A DNA stretch of 64,000 nt from Candidatus Latescibacterota bacterium (GTDB lineage: Bacteria; Latescibacterota; UBA2968; GCA-2709665), in NCBI GenBank assembly GCA_965116875.1, contig OZ220733.1, positions 4,160,001 through 4,224,000 on the forward strand, written 5' to 3'. The notes beneath the pieces were generated by a model. It saw nothing but the letters and a program-made list of their open reading frames with translations, ran no database searches and was not told where the DNA came from. Made by a program: the position numbers and the translations under genes. Of this stretch, positions 32,781 to 43,565 are shown piece after piece (the first letter of the stretch is position 1; each line of letters opens with the position of its first letter).

Positions 32781-35501
32781 AGGCCCGGTGTGCACGCTGA
32801 AGACGATTTTCCACCGCTCGGCGGGAATGGCGTCATATCCGAGCCCGCCGCATTTGGTGTAGACGCAGGCCGACTCGCCGTCGCACTCAATATGCCGAAT
32901 GGGATATCCCGTGTCATAGGCGCCACCCCGGACCAGCAGCGTGTTCCCGATCAGATTCTCATGGGAAGGCAACCCGTCGATCCTGTAGAAGCTGCTGGAA
33001 TTGTCCGTCTTCACGTCCAGGATCGATCCGCCGGCCATCGGCGTTTCCAGTTCCAGCACGTGATCGTCCAGTCTGGCCATTGCGCCGCCAAGCAGATAGG
33101 CAGACGCCGGTCGCCCGTCCGGCGCCAGGGAAAAAACGCAAACCCGGCCGTTCGTTTCAAGGGTTCCTCCGGGTGTGTCGAAAACGGCGGTTTGACCCTG
33201 GGGGGAGACCACCACGACGTCCGTGCCCGATTCCCGGGTAACGACAACGCCCGCGGCGTCTCCCGATACGGGCGCAAGCCGCTCCACTGCCGCAACGAAC
33301 GTACGGGAACGCGGACTCACGTCGAACAGGCTGAGAAAGACGCTGCAGGCGGGACTGCCGGTGCGGCGGCGGACCACATACGGAACGGTTTCACCGGTCC
33401 GGACGTTGTCGCGTGAGCCGGTGCCCCTTTCACCCCAACCCGTTCCGATCAGCACCTGCTCGCCGTCAGCCGGCAGGGCATGTGCGGTGAACCGCCGCCC
33501 GTCCAGGTCAAAGTGGATCGACCATGCACTCTCTGCGCGGGCGGCGGCCAGATCCGTCAGATCCCACCATTCGGCCCCGCTCGGGTGGAGGTCCAGGTTC
33601 CGCGGTACCCCCTCTGCCGCCGGTCCATGGAACAGATAGTCGTGAACGCGGCCGCCGGTCACCCTGAAGCAGTCGATCAGGTAGCTGCCTGTGCCGCCGT
33701 GGTCGATTACCGCGCACAGGCGGCGATACGTGTCGACGTCGTAGGCGCTGGATGATACTTCGGCGACCTTTACCCAACCGGTACTGTCGAACAGGTGGAG
33801 GCTGCCGCCGCGTCCCTCGCGTTTCTGGTCCTGCTCGTCGACGACCACGGTGTTGTGCGCGATGGTGCGAACGGTATTGTGTTTGTCCGGCCGATCCCAG
33901 AGGTAACCGAGATCGGTCAGGGCTTCATGTCCGTCTTTCCAGTAGACAAGATTCAGACTGTCTTCGTGGTGATGTCCGCCCCAGTCCGAGGCGCTGAGCA
34001 GCGCGGTACTCGTCCGTCCGTGTTCGCCGGTGCGAAGCAGGCCGATTCGCAGTGTTGGAAAGAACCGATCCGTAAGGATCAGCGGAGAAGACGGATCGGC
34101 TTTCAGGTCCGGGTCGCGATGGAAGAGGGCGTACTCTCCGCCGTGATTCTCCAGATCGAATTCGCACAGTTCGGCGAGCAGGGCGACGTGGTTCGCGTCG
34201 CCGTAGCGGGCGGCGATGATATCGGCAATGTCCGCGGACATCCTGCAGGCGGTTACGTCGTCGGCGATGACGCCATACCCGAGATCGGGCATCGGGCTCT
34301 TGACGTATCCCTCCAGTACCGCCCTGTACCGGCTGTCGCCGTAGATGTCCAGTTCCCGCGGGCCGGCTTCCGGGGCGCCCGAATCGGCTGACAGGGAGTA
34401 GCCATGCGCGGCGTCCGCGAAGTGTCGGATTCCATTGAGCGTCATGAATCCGTAACCCGGAGATTCGGAACTCATGCCGTCTTCCAGGAACCAGTTGTAG
34501 ACGAAATGATTGAACCCGTCCAGGCCGAAGCGGACCAGATTCGGATCGTCGAGACAAAGGCCGACGATGCCCGCGGCGGAGCGGTTGGTCGCGCTCTTGT
34601 TGTTGAAGTTCGGATCGGCCAGCAAAAGGATCGTGCTTTCGAGAAGCAGGTCTCGTTCGATCTTCCTGCGGGCTTCCGGGGTGTACACGGGACGGCCGGC
34701 GGCTCTTGCGCCGCGTGTGAGGTCAAAGGCGATCGTGACGTCGGAGACGAAGGTGCCCTCCATGCCCACGCCCGTGGCGCGCCCCGCCATCCAGTAACCC
34801 ACGTGCAACTTCCGGTCCGGACGGTTCGGCGGCACGACCAGTTCCGGCCTGGGCAGATCCAGGATATTTTTCGCGGCCTCCTCGGCCGGCGCGTCCGAAA
34901 ATTCGCCGTAGCCGGAGTGAACCATATACCCGGAATAGACCTCGGCGAATCGAAGGAGGATATCCCTGGTTCTTTCCGCGTGACCGATCTCCCGTGTCAG
35001 CACGTAGGCCAGCGCGCACTGGCGGGCCATGCGCCCCATATACTCGCATTTGCGGGCGCGGATGTTGGCGGTCCAGGACGAGACGAAGGGAAACCCGATG
35101 AGGTCCCAGTGTCTGCCCGTATAGTACGTGATTTCCTGTCCTCCGCCAAAGTCGGTCCTGAACACGACGTCTTCCGGGTAGTCCGAATTGGGATAGACGG
35201 TCCTGCAGGTCGTGCAGATCAGTTGATCGGGATTTTCCGGTTTCCAGCTGTAGTGCCCGTGGACGGGGGCCGCCTCGCAGGCCGGGCACATGGTGAAAAG
35301 CTCGCTGTTGGGCGTCTCGCGGGGAATCCACTGAATCAGATCGTCTCTCGTCAGACGAGGTATGACGGCGATCGACGCAAGCAGATCTTCGAGGAATCGT
35401 CGCGCCCAGACGTGGCGCTCGATGTTCAGGCGGGCGACGTCGAGGTCCTTCGGTTTGAAGAGGGTCGAGGGGGGATGGACCGGACGGGTATCACTCTCCA
35501 T
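32766..35501 (-). CDS. Heparinase II/III-like (polysaccharide lyase fold) protein, 911 aa
   Basis: DGMSSESPGY, GHHHEDSLNL..DLGY, AHNTVVVD; N-terminal CxxC..CxxC; no signal peptide seen. Confidence 0.8.
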   Translation of the reverse strand: MESDTRPVHPPSTLFKPKDLDVARLNIERHVWARRFLEDLLASIAVIPRLTRDDLIQWIPRETPNSELFTMCPACEAAPVHGHYSWKPENPDQLICTTCRTVYPNSDYPEDVVFRTDFGGGQEITYYTGRHWDLIGFPFVSSWTANIRARKCEYMGRMARQCALAYVLTREIGHAERTRDILLRFAEVYSGYMVHSGYGEFSDAPAEEAAKNILDLPRPELVVPPNRPDRKLHVGYWMAGRATGVGMEGTFVSDVTIAFDLTRGARAAGRPVYTPEARRKIERDLLLESTILLLADPNFNNKSATNRSAAGIVGLCLDDPNLVRFGLDGFNHFVYNWFLEDGMSSESPGYGFMTLNGIRHFADAAHGYSLSADSGAPEAGPRELDIYGDSRYRAVLEGYVKSPMPDLGYGVIADDVTACRMSADIADIIAARYGDANHVALLAELCEFDLENHGGEYALFHRDPDLKADPSSPLILTDRFFPTLRIGLLRTGEHGRTSTALLSASDWGGHHHEDSLNLVYWKDGHEALTDLGYLWDRPDKHNTVRTIAHNTVVVDEQDQKREGRGGSLHLFDSTGWVKVAEVSSSAYDVDTYRRLCAVIDHGGTGSYLIDCFRVTGGRVHDYLFHGPAAEGVPRNLDLHPSGAEWWDLTDLAAARAESAWSIHFDLDGRRFTAHALPADGEQVLIGTGWGERGTGSRDNVRTGETVPYVVRRRTGSPACSVFLSLFDVSPRSRTFVAAVERLAPVSGDAAGVVVTRESGTDVVVVSPQGQTAVFDTPGGTLETNGRVCVFSLAPDGRPASAYLLGGAMARLDDHVLELETPMAGGSILDVKTDNSSSFYRIDGLPSHENLIGNTLLVRGGAYDTGYPIRHIECDGESACVYTKCGGLGYDAIPAERWKIVFSVHTGPVAVR

Positions 35502-35631
35502 GGCGCTCTCGCTATGCGTTGGTTGTTGGACTTCTGGTGCGATTGATATCCCGAGATTTCACTCAGGACAGTCCGCCGTGGAGGCGCCGGATACCTGGCA
35601 GCGGCGGCGATGCGGCGTTGCCGGAAGTGTT

Positions 35632-36378
35632 TTACCCGTGTGCTCGTTCGAGGTAATCGGCCGCTCCCGCAGCGATCCACGGGCCGATGGTCGTCAACAG
35701 GAATCGTGCGCCGAGGTCCGTGTATTTCTCCACGTTGTCGCTGGTGGTGAGGGTTCCCGGCGTTCGTCCCGCGTCCCTGGTGCGGATCAGGGTCTCGTCG
35801 ACCGCGCGTTGAACGTCGGGGTGGTCGTTGTTGCCGATATGGCCCATCGAAGCCGCCAGATCCGACGGGGCGACGAAGAAGACGTCAATCTGATCCACCT
35901 CGAGGATCGCATCCAGGTTGCGCACCGAGACGATGTCCTCGATGAGCACGACCAACAGGGTTTCGTCGTTTGCGGTAAACAGGTAATCGGGTACATCATA
36001 ACCCTGGCGGCTGGTGAAGAGGCCGCGTTTTCCCAGCGGCGCGAACTTGCCGCCGTCGACGACGTTTCGCGCCTCTGCCGCCGTGTTGACGTGGGGGACG
36101 ACAATGCCCTGCGCGCCCCGGTCCAGCGTTCGGTAAATCAGGGCCTGATCGTTGCGGTTGACCCTGACGATCGAGGTCATCCCCCACAGGTCGCAGGCCC
36201 TCGTGAGGTTGCCGAGGTCGGCCGCGTTGACGGGTCCGTGTTCTCCTTCCAGCCAGATGCCGTCGAAACCGGTATTGCCGAAGGCGTCGACGTCGTCGGG
36301 ATGGGTGAAGCCGCTTGCGACACAGGCGATGCCGCCGTCAGCGAGTTTTCGTTTGACGCGGTTTGTCCGGATGGTCAA
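35632..36378 (-). CDS. HpcH/HpaI aldolase family protein
   Basis: GFDGIWLEGEHG, LDRGAQGIVVPHV, IEDI, FVAPSDLAASMG. Confidence 0.92.
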   Translation of the reverse strand: MTIRTNRVKRKLADGGIACVASGFTHPDDVDAFGNTGFDGIWLEGEHGPVNAADLGNLTRACDLWGMTSIVRVNRNDQALIYRTLDRGAQGIVVPHVNTAAEARNVVDGGKFAPLGKRGLFTSRQGYDVPDYLFTANDETLLVVLIEDIVSVRNLDAILEVDQIDVFFVAPSDLAASMGHIGNNDHPDVQRAVDETLIRTRDAGRTPGTLTTSDNVEKYTDLGARFLLTTIGPWIAAGAADYLERAHG

Positions 36379-36431
36379 GGGCAGTTCTCCTCTTCGTTGG
36401 GCCGCGTGGCGTGCAGAAGCCGGACACTCGT

Positions 36432-37217
36432 TCAGATCGAACGGGAGTTGCGGCTGAGGTCGATGCTTACGGGCGCATGGTCGGAAACGGTCAGTCCGGC
36501 CGCGCGGTGGACGGCTGCCTTGCGGAATCGTGCGGCGACGGCGGCGTTTCCCAGGAGGTAATCAATCCGCCAGCCACGGTCAAGTTCGCGGGCGCGACCG
36601 CGATTGGACCACCAGGAATAGGGCCCCTGCACGTCTCCGAAATGGTGACGGACAAGGTCGTTCCATCCGGTAGCCAGCAGGTCGGTCATCCACTGCCTTT
36701 CGTGGGGCAGGAATCCTGAGTTTTTCGCGTTTCCCCTGGCGTAGTAAATGTCTTTTTCGGTATGAGCAATGTTGAAGTCGCCTCCGAGGACCACGGGTTC
36801 GTCCCGCTGCGTGTATTTCTCCGCCCACGGCAGAAACCGGGCCATCCAGAGATCTTCCTTGATTTTCTGGCGATCTTCGCTGGATGAGCCCGAGGGCAGG
36901 TAAACGTTGACTACCCGGATGCCCTGTACCCGCGCCTGGAGGATCCGGCCTTCCGGATCCGACCCGTGGATACCGGCACCGAGAACCTCGAACTTATGGC
37001 GGGACCAGATCGCAACCCCGGAATACCCCTTGCGTTCCGCCGGATGCCAGTGGACGTACCAGCCGCGCGGACGGCTCCACTCAGCGGGCAGTTGTTCGGG
37101 AAGCGTCCGGATTTCCTGGAGGAGGAGTACGTCCGGAGCGATCCGTTCAACGTGACTGGCAAAGCCCTTTCTGATCGCGGCGCGCAGACCGTTGACGTTC
37201 CAGGTGGCTATTCGCAT
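36432..37217 (-). CDS. xth: Exodeoxyribonuclease III / AP endonuclease
   Basis: TWNVNGLRA, LQE, GYSGV, GDFNIAH, YSWWS, GWRIDY, SDHAP. Confidence 0.96.
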   Translation of the reverse strand: MRIATWNVNGLRAAIRKGFASHVERIAPDVLLLQEIRTLPEQLPAEWSRPRGWYVHWHPAERKGYSGVAIWSRHKFEVLGAGIHGSDPEGRILQARVQGIRVVNVYLPSGSSSEDRQKIKEDLWMARFLPWAEKYTQRDEPVVLGGDFNIAHTEKDIYYARGNAKNSGFLPHERQWMTDLLATGWNDLVRHHFGDVQGPYSWWSNRGRARELDRGWRIDYLLGNAAVAARFRKAAVHRAAGLTVSDHAPVSIDLSRNSRSI

Positions 37218-37270
37218 AGAGCCGGCGAGAGTGAGACCGCCTTCGGATTCCGTTGGCGGCAGTCGTTGAT

Positions 37271-39142
37271 TCAGACCGGTGCAGTGTCAATGCTGAGCGT
37301 TTGCTTCTGCCGGGAGACGGTGATGCTGCCGGTACCGGGCGTCAATTCAACGTCGGCCGGGTCGCAGTCGATACCGAATGCGACGGCGAACATGGCCGAC
37401 CTTGACTTCAGCACGGTATCGATTTTCAGGTATCCGACGTCCAGACTCTCGGCGTCGGCGTGACCCGGTTTCAGGTCCTCGTGCCGGCCCCTGTGAAACG
37501 TCGCTTCCGAAGGCGCCAACAGGCGCACATTTACATTGGTATCTCCGTCGGCGAGCGTGGCCGAAGCTCCGGAGATTTCAGCCGCGTCCGAGAAGTGAAT
37601 GCGGGATTCCATCCGGATCGCGTCCGTGACCTCGATCTCGTCTATGACGAGAAAGAGCGCAGGACGGAGAAAGAGGAAATGCCGGACGAAAACCGAGAGA
37701 CTGTCGATGCCGTAAGCGGCTGCGATGGAAGCCCTGAGGTAATCGTGGGTGTCCGTGAATTCGGTCCTTTCCACGGTTCCCACGAGCCGGCGTTCGCCCG
37801 GCTGCCCCTGTCCGTCGAAGAGCGGCAGATTGTGACCGTGGGTCGCCTTGAAGATCCATTCGCCCGGGTCTCCATAGCGGCCGATGCCGAGTTCGCGTAC
37901 GACGGTCCTCTGACCGGCGTGGATGATATAGTTCCCGACGTCCGCGTGGCCATGGGGTTCTACCGTAGCCCCGATTTTCAATGCCATGATGGGTGCGTCC
38001 GGGTCATGCCAGGAACCTCGCATCACGCACCATCCGGCATCGGGAAAGTAGGCGGATGGATGGGACGGGGCCGGCAGTTCGGGTGCGGTGTCGGACGCAT
38101 CCCAGAAGAGTTCCGCCAGCTTGATGGACGGCCGCCGGCCCGTGGTGACCCGATCGAAGTACGCGGCCGCCCGGTTGCCGTATTCCTGTGCGAATTTGCG
38201 GAAGGCCATGCCGCCCGGAAAATGCTTGCCGCAGTCCGCGAAGTTGACCACGCGGTCGGGCGGGAGAAAGCAGTTGATTGGAAATTCGACCGTATTCCTG
38301 AGTTTGGGGTGATCGTACAGGCTGATCCGTCCGCCGGTGATCCGTCTCAGCGCGTCCGAAAACGGAAAGGAAGTGACGATGCCGTAGTTCCAATACCCCG
38401 GACCCTCCTTCCAGGAACCGTCGTTCTGGATGCCATCGTAGAATTTCGTGATGCGTTCAATACATTCCCGTATGACTCCGAGCATGGCTTCGCGAGGGCG
38501 AACATCCGTTCGCAGATGCATGTGCCCCGCATCGAGCATGGCCATCGCGCACAGGCCCATGTTGGATACGCACACGGAGCACCAGTTGCTGTCGTAACGC
38601 GACGCCCAGAAGTGATGCTGCATGCCGCCGATGCAGTGCGCCAGGCCGCGCGCAAAGACCATGAACTCGAGCTCACGGCGCTGGTTGTCGGAAAGTGCGT
38701 CGTATAGAAGGTCGTAAGCGGAGGCGAAACAGGCGCAGGTATGGCTGCCGTCCAGATCCAGGAGCATGAATTCGTGCACCGGGTGGACCCACGAGGGCCA
38801 GCTCATCATTGAAGCCAGGCCCTCCCATGCTTTTTCGAAGTAGGCCTGATCCTGGTCGACCGCGTACGCCAGCACGTAGTCTTCAACGAGATTCCGCGCC
38901 TCGGCGGAAAGGCGGCTGTATGCCTCCCAGACGCCGTTCCTGTAGCTGGCCTCTCTGGGTGGCGGCGTTGGGAACGGGAGATCCAAGTGAGCGTTCAGCC
39001 GTTCGCGCGTCTGCGCGTACACGTCCGCATGGGAGCCGTCGAGGCAGAGTGCGCGCACCCGCTCGAGGTCCGCCCTCGAGAAGTGGAGATAGGGATGTTC
39101 CAGAGTCTCCGGTATGAGACGCTCGACGTCAGATACGGTCAT
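37271..39142 (-). CDS. Heparinase II/III-like protein (oligosaccharide lyase fold)
   Basis: HPYL, SNW, DGSWKEGPGYW, NFAD, YFPDAG, PHGHADVG, HNLPLFDG; ATG at 39142 or alternative start 39190. Confidence 0.82.
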   Translation of the reverse strand: MTVSDVERLIPETLEHPYLHFSRADLERVRALCLDGSHADVYAQTRERLNAHLDLPFPTPPPREASYRNGVWEAYSRLSAEARNLVEDYVLAYAVDQDQAYFEKAWEGLASMMSWPSWVHPVHEFMLLDLDGSHTCACFASAYDLLYDALSDNQRRELEFMVFARGLAHCIGGMQHHFWASRYDSNWCSVCVSNMGLCAMAMLDAGHMHLRTDVRPREAMLGVIRECIERITKFYDGIQNDGSWKEGPGYWNYGIVTSFPFSDALRRITGGRISLYDHPKLRNTVEFPINCFLPPDRVVNFADCGKHFPGGMAFRKFAQEYGNRAAAYFDRVTTGRRPSIKLAELFWDASDTAPELPAPSHPSAYFPDAGWCVMRGSWHDPDAPIMALKIGATVEPHGHADVGNYIIHAGQRTVVRELGIGRYGDPGEWIFKATHGHNLPLFDGQGQPGERRLVGTVERTEFTDTHDYLRASIAAAYGIDSLSVFVRHFLFLRPALFLVIDEIEVTDAIRMESRIHFSDAAEISGASATLADGDTNVNVRLLAPSEATFHRGRHEDLKPGHADAESLDVGYLKIDTVLKSRSAMFAVAFGIDCDPADVELTPGTGSITVSRQKQTLSIDTAPV

Positions 39143-39234
39143 GAAGAATCCTGAAGGGGTTGGCATCGGGCAGGGATAGCGGGTCGCCACCGGCGCAAGT
39201 TCCTCCGGTCCGGTCGGGCGCGTTTTCGAAAGTC

Positions 39235-39263
39235 AATATAGCGATCGGCAAATTGGGGGTCAA
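39235..39263 (-). promoter_or_regulatory. Promoter upstream of heparinase-like gene
   Basis: Minus-strand TTGACC-N17-TATATT. Confidence 0.6.
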
Positions 39264-39298
39264 GCAGATGTCATGCAGGGACAGAGCGAAGGGGTCGG

Positions 39299-40174
39299 CT
39301 ACGCGCGCTTTCTGGCAAGAAGGACGCGTTCGGTACCGGTGAGGTCGGAAACGGTCCGTTCATGGATGAACTCCGGCGATTTTTCCAGGAGCTCCAATAC
39401 GTCCGGAGCGGTACCGTCGGCGACTTCCAAAGCAAGCCACCCGCCCTTGCACAGGACGTCCGGCGCCCGGGCGATAATCAGACGGTGGAAGGCGAGCCCG
39501 TCCGGCCCGCCGTCGAGTGCGAGCGGGGGGTCGAAGCAGCGGACTTCGGGCTGAAGGGTACGCAGATCGCTGGCGGCGACATAGGGGGGATTTGAAACGA
39601 CGGCGTGGAACACGGCCCGCGACCGGAATGCGCAAAGAAGGTCCGCGCAAACGAAGGCAATCCGATGTTGTACATCGTTGCGACGGGCATTGCGAGCCGC
39701 GAGTCGGAGGGCTCTCGGGGAAACGTCGGTCGCGACCAGGCGGCTCCCGGGAAGCGTATGCGCAAGCGCTACGGCGACGGGACCGGCACCCGTACCGACG
39801 TCCAGTACAAGCGGACCGGAATGGGCATGCAGGCGGTCGACAAGCGTTTCGACGAGAATCTCGGTTTCCGGACGGGGAATGAGCGCGTCGGGGTCGACGT
39901 AAAAAGGCAGGGAGAAAAATTCGGTTTCGCCAAGCAAATGCTGAAGCGGCACACGCGCACGCCGCTTTTGTACGAAATCCCGAAGCCGTTCAACCTGCAC
40001 CGGCGTAAGTCGTCGACGCGGGTTCACGAAGATACCGGAACGGCTGGTTTCAAGGACGGCCGCAAGCAGCCACTCCGCGTCGGCACGAGGATCCGGTACG
40101 CCGGCATCCGCCAGGCTTCGCGCCAGAATGGCGAGGACGGCGGAGGTGGTGGGAAGCGAGGTGGATTCGGCCAT
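39299..40174 (-). CDS. prmC: Release factor glutamine methyltransferase
   Basis: LIPRPETE, DVGTGAG, SNPPY, ALDGGPDGL; follows prfA. Confidence 0.97.
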   Translation of the reverse strand: MAESTSLPTTSAVLAILARSLADAGVPDPRADAEWLLAAVLETSRSGIFVNPRRRLTPVQVERLRDFVQKRRARVPLQHLLGETEFFSLPFYVDPDALIPRPETEILVETLVDRLHAHSGPLVLDVGTGAGPVAVALAHTLPGSRLVATDVSPRALRLAARNARRNDVQHRIAFVCADLLCAFRSRAVFHAVVSNPPYVAASDLRTLQPEVRCFDPPLALDGGPDGLAFHRLIIARAPDVLCKGGWLALEVADGTAPDVLELLEKSPEFIHERTVSDLTGTERVLLARKRA

Positions 40175-40208
40175 GGCCTGCCCGTCTAACAGTCCGGGCC
40201 CGGTCGTA

Positions 40209-41297
40209 TCATGTGGGAACGCTGTGATTCCGTTCGCCGTCTCTTATCTTTTCCGTATGGTCGGCCAGGCGCAGGGCGCTGATGAAATCGTCAAGGTCGC
40301 CCTCAAGCGTCTCTTCGAGTTTGTGGAGCGTGAGTTTGATCCGGTGGTCGGTGACCCGTCCCTGGGGAAAATTGTACGTGCGTATCTTCGCGCTTCGGTC
40401 GCCCGTGCCCACCTGAGCCCTCCGGCTACGGGAGGTTGTGTCTTTCTGGTCCTGCAGGGCGCGGTCGAGGAGCCGCGCGCGAAGGACCTTCATCGCCTTG
40501 GCCTTGTTCTTGTGCTGGGACTTCTCGTCCTGGCACTGTACGATCAGCCCGGTGGGCAGATGGGTAATCCGAACGGCCGAATCGGTGGTATTGACACTCT
40601 GGCCTCCCGGTCCCGAGGACCGATAGACGTCCACCCTGATTTCTTCGGGACTGACTTCGATATCCACGTCCTCCGCTTCGGGCAGTACCGCAACCGTGGA
40701 AGTGGAGGTATGGATGCGCCCGCTGGACTCGGTCTCGGGAATGCGCTGGACGCGGTGTACGCCGCTTTCGTACTTCAGACTGCCGTAGACGTCGCTTCCG
40801 CCAACCGAGAAGATGACCTCCTTGAATCCGCCGATGCCTGTCGGATTGGCGCTGAGCAGTTCGGCCCGCCACCCCTTTGATTCGGAGTAACGGGTATACA
40901 TCCTGTACAAATCGGCGGCAAACAGCGCCGCCTCTTCGCCTCCGGCGCCGGCGCGGATCTCCACGATCGTGTTCTTGCTGTCGTTGGGATCCCGCGGGAT
41001 CAGCAGGAATTGGAGTTTCTCTCCAAGCCGGGCCTCCTCCCGTTCGAGTTCGGCATGTTCTTCACGGGCAAATTCGACCAGTTCGGCGTCACTCGAGTCC
41101 CGGATGATCTCTCCGGCCTCCTCCAGGCCGGTGACAACCTGCCGATATTCGCGGTAACGGCTTACGATTTCTTCGAGACGACGATACTCTATGGTGAGTT
41201 CTCTGAACCTGTCGGGCATTGCCGCGACGTCCGGGCGCGCCATTTCAGCACGGATCTCCTCGAACCGGTTTTCGACGTCTTTCAGTTGACCGAACAT
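40209..41297 (-). CDS. prfA: Peptide chain release factor 1
   Basis: [19 protein letters not shown] (PxT), GGQ. Confidence 0.98.
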   Translation of the reverse strand: MFGQLKDVENRFEEIRAEMARPDVAAMPDRFRELTIEYRRLEEIVSRYREYRQVVTGLEEAGEIIRDSSDAELVEFAREEHAELEREEARLGEKLQFLLIPRDPNDSKNTIVEIRAGAGGEEAALFAADLYRMYTRYSESKGWRAELLSANPTGIGGFKEVIFSVGGSDVYGSLKYESGVHRVQRIPETESSGRIHTSTSTVAVLPEAEDVDIEVSPEEIRVDVYRSSGPGGQSVNTTDSAVRITHLPTGLIVQCQDEKSQHKNKAKAMKVLRARLLDRALQDQKDTTSRSRRAQVGTGDRSAKIRTYNFPQGRVTDHRIKLTLHKLEETLEGDLDDFISALRLADHTEKIRDGERNHSVPT

Positions 41298-41436
41298 ACG
41301 ACTTCCCTGTCAGTTAACCCAACGTACGGCTGCATCCGGATACCTGCCGGAAATACAACAAAAAAGGTGAAGCGGTACGCACGACCACCGGCAGGCGGAC
41401 GATGCCGTTTCACCTTATATGCGAAACTCTGGTTGG

Positions 41437-41694
41437 CTAATCTTCGGCGACTGCCTTCACGTCAGCCTGTTCAGCGACGTCCCCGGCTTCTTCGTCACCT
41501 ATATTGTAACGGCGCCGGTACCGTTCCACCATGCCCGCGGTGTCCACCAGTCGCTGTTTGCCCGTGTAGAACGGATGGCAGTTGGAGCAGATGTCCACCC
41601 GCAGACCGGGCACGGTCCCGTGCGTTTGCAGGGAGTTTCCACAGGCGCAGGTGATCGTGGTTTCCACGTATTCGGGATGAATATTCGGTTTCAC
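41437..41694 (-). CDS. rpmE: 50S ribosomal protein L31 (zinc-binding type)
   Basis: [23 protein letters not shown]; acidic tail. Confidence 0.97.
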   Translation of the reverse strand: MKPNIHPEYVETTITCACGNSLQTHGTVPGLRVDICSNCHPFYTGKQRLVDTAGMVERYRRRYNIGDEEAGDVAEQADVKAVAED

Positions 41695-41744
41695 GTGGCA
41701 ATTTCCCTTTCATCCGGATGAATCGACGACATAATCAATCCCCG

Positions 41745-41773
41745 AATATATACAAAACAGGTTTGCAGCGCAA
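41745..41773 (-). promoter_or_regulatory. rpmE promoter
   Basis: Minus-strand TTGCGC-N17-TATATT. Confidence 0.6.
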
Positions 41774-41829
41774 GAATTCACCAGCCAATGGCGGCTGCCG
41801 GATCCTCACGGTTCTTACTGGAGGGAGGT

Positions 41830-43149
41830 TTACAACTGCCTGTTCATTGAATCCAGGAACGCCTCGTTGCTTTTGGTACCTGCCATCTTCTCCTTGAGGA
41901 ACTCCATGGCTTCCAGGGCAGGCATCTGATTGAGCAGCCGGCGCAGAATCCAGACCCGGTTGAGTTCCTTGTCATCGAGCAGCAGCTCCTCTTTCCGGGT
42001 TCCTGAAAGCGTTACGTCAATGGCGGGATAGATACGCCGGTTGCTCAGGCGACGGTCCAGTTTCAGTTCCATGTTGCCGGTACCCTTGAATTCTTCGAAA
42101 ATGACCTCGTCCATACGGCTTCCGGTTTCGACGAGTGCAGTGGACAGGATGGTCAGACTGCCGCCCTCTTCGATGTTTCGCGCGGCGCCGAAGAATCGCT
42201 TGGGCCACTGCATGGCGCTGGAGTCGAGGCCGCCGGTAAGGATGCGGCCGCTATGAGGCACGACGTTGTTATAGGCCCTGGCGAGGCGCGTGATGCTGTC
42301 CAGGAGGATGACGACGTCCTGTTGATGTTCCACCAGACGCTTGGCTTTTTCGATTACCATATCCGCCACCTGTACATGCCGCGACGGGGGTTCGTCGAAG
42401 GTGGAACTGATGACTTCTCCGTTGACGGACCGCAGCATGTCGGTCACTTCCTCGGGGCGTTCGTCGATCAGGAGCACGATGAGATTGATTTCAGGGTGGT
42501 TCTCGGTGATTGCATTGGCTATTTTCTGAAGCAGCATGGTTTTGCCCGTAAAGGGCGGGGCTACGATCATGCCGCGCTGGCCCTTGCCGATCGGTGTCAG
42601 CAGATTCATGATTCGAGTAGAGAAGTCATTTGAATCGTATTCCAGTTTCATGCGTTGCCGTGGATGCAACGGCGTGAGGTTATCGAAGAGGGTTTTCTGT
42701 TTGGCCAGTTCCGGATCTTCGAAGTTGACGGCCTCCACCCGAATGAGCGCAAAATACTTCTCGTCGTTCTTGGGCGGGCGAATCTGACCGGAAATGGTGT
42801 CTCCCGTGCGCAGATTGAAGCGTTTGATCTGCGAATGTGAAACATAGATGTCATCCGGCCCCGGGAGATAATTGTAATTGGGAGACCTCAGGAAACCGAA
42901 ACCGTCTTCCAGGATTTCCAGAACGCCCTTGGCCAGAATCAGGCCGTTTTTGGCGGACTGTGCCTGAATGATTGCGAAAATCAGTTCCTGTTTTCTCAGG
43001 CTTCCGTAGCTATGGATCTCGAGGGACTGGGCCAGCCTCGCGAGTTCCGAAATGTTCATGTTCTGGAGTTCCAGTATATCCACGCCACCTGCACGCGGCG
43101 GCGCTTTGGAGACTTCCCTGGTTGCCTGGGTTGCCATTTGCGAATCCAA
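41830..43149 (-). CDS. rho: Transcription termination factor Rho
   Basis: [37 protein letters not shown]; start TTG 43149 or ATG 43137. Confidence 0.98.
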   Translation of the reverse strand: MDSQMATQATREVSKAPPRAGGVDILELQNMNISELARLAQSLEIHSYGSLRKQELIFAIIQAQSAKNGLILAKGVLEILEDGFGFLRSPNYNYLPGPDDIYVSHSQIKRFNLRTGDTISGQIRPPKNDEKYFALIRVEAVNFEDPELAKQKTLFDNLTPLHPRQRMKLEYDSNDFSTRIMNLLTPIGKGQRGMIVAPPFTGKTMLLQKIANAITENHPEINLIVLLIDERPEEVTDMLRSVNGEVISSTFDEPPSRHVQVADMVIEKAKRLVEHQQDVVILLDSITRLARAYNNVVPHSGRILTGGLDSSAMQWPKRFFGAARNIEEGGSLTILSTALVETGSRMDEVIFEEFKGTGNMELKLDRRLSNRRIYPAIDVTLSGTRKEELLLDDKELNRVWILRRLLNQMPALEAMEFLKEKMAGTKSNEAFLDSMNRQL

Positions 43150-43368
43150 TTTGTTGAAGTTGCTGCGTGTGGGATGCAGGCGGCTCGTCTCTCAGGGACT
43201 GCGGCCGAACCCGGACAGCCGGAGGCGACAGCGGAGAAACGGGTCGGACGTGTCTGACGAAAGGAGGCGGATCAGAGGAAGTTCGTCCAGCAAAGGATGC
43301 CTGAAGCGAGGAGCCGTCTGTATATCTGCGGTAAATAAGTGGGAAGGAGGCAGAAAAATTACACTGGA

Positions 43369-43397
43369 AAAGTAAACCAAGATCTAGGCGTTGTCAA
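43369..43397 (-). promoter_or_regulatory. rho promoter
   Basis: Minus-strand TTGACA-N17-TACTTT with upstream A-tract. Confidence 0.65.
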
Positions 43398-43565
43398 GTT
43401 TTTTCTTTATTTTTCCGTAAGATAGAGAAAATGCCTCCCGCACGTATGGCAGGATTTGTACTCGAAGCGGTGCGCGAATGTCGTTTGGAAAAAGGAGAAT
43501 CGGGCTTGCCTTTTGTGGGTTCGCTGCATAGGTTAGATGGAACTGAAGTCTCGGGGGGAGACGAT

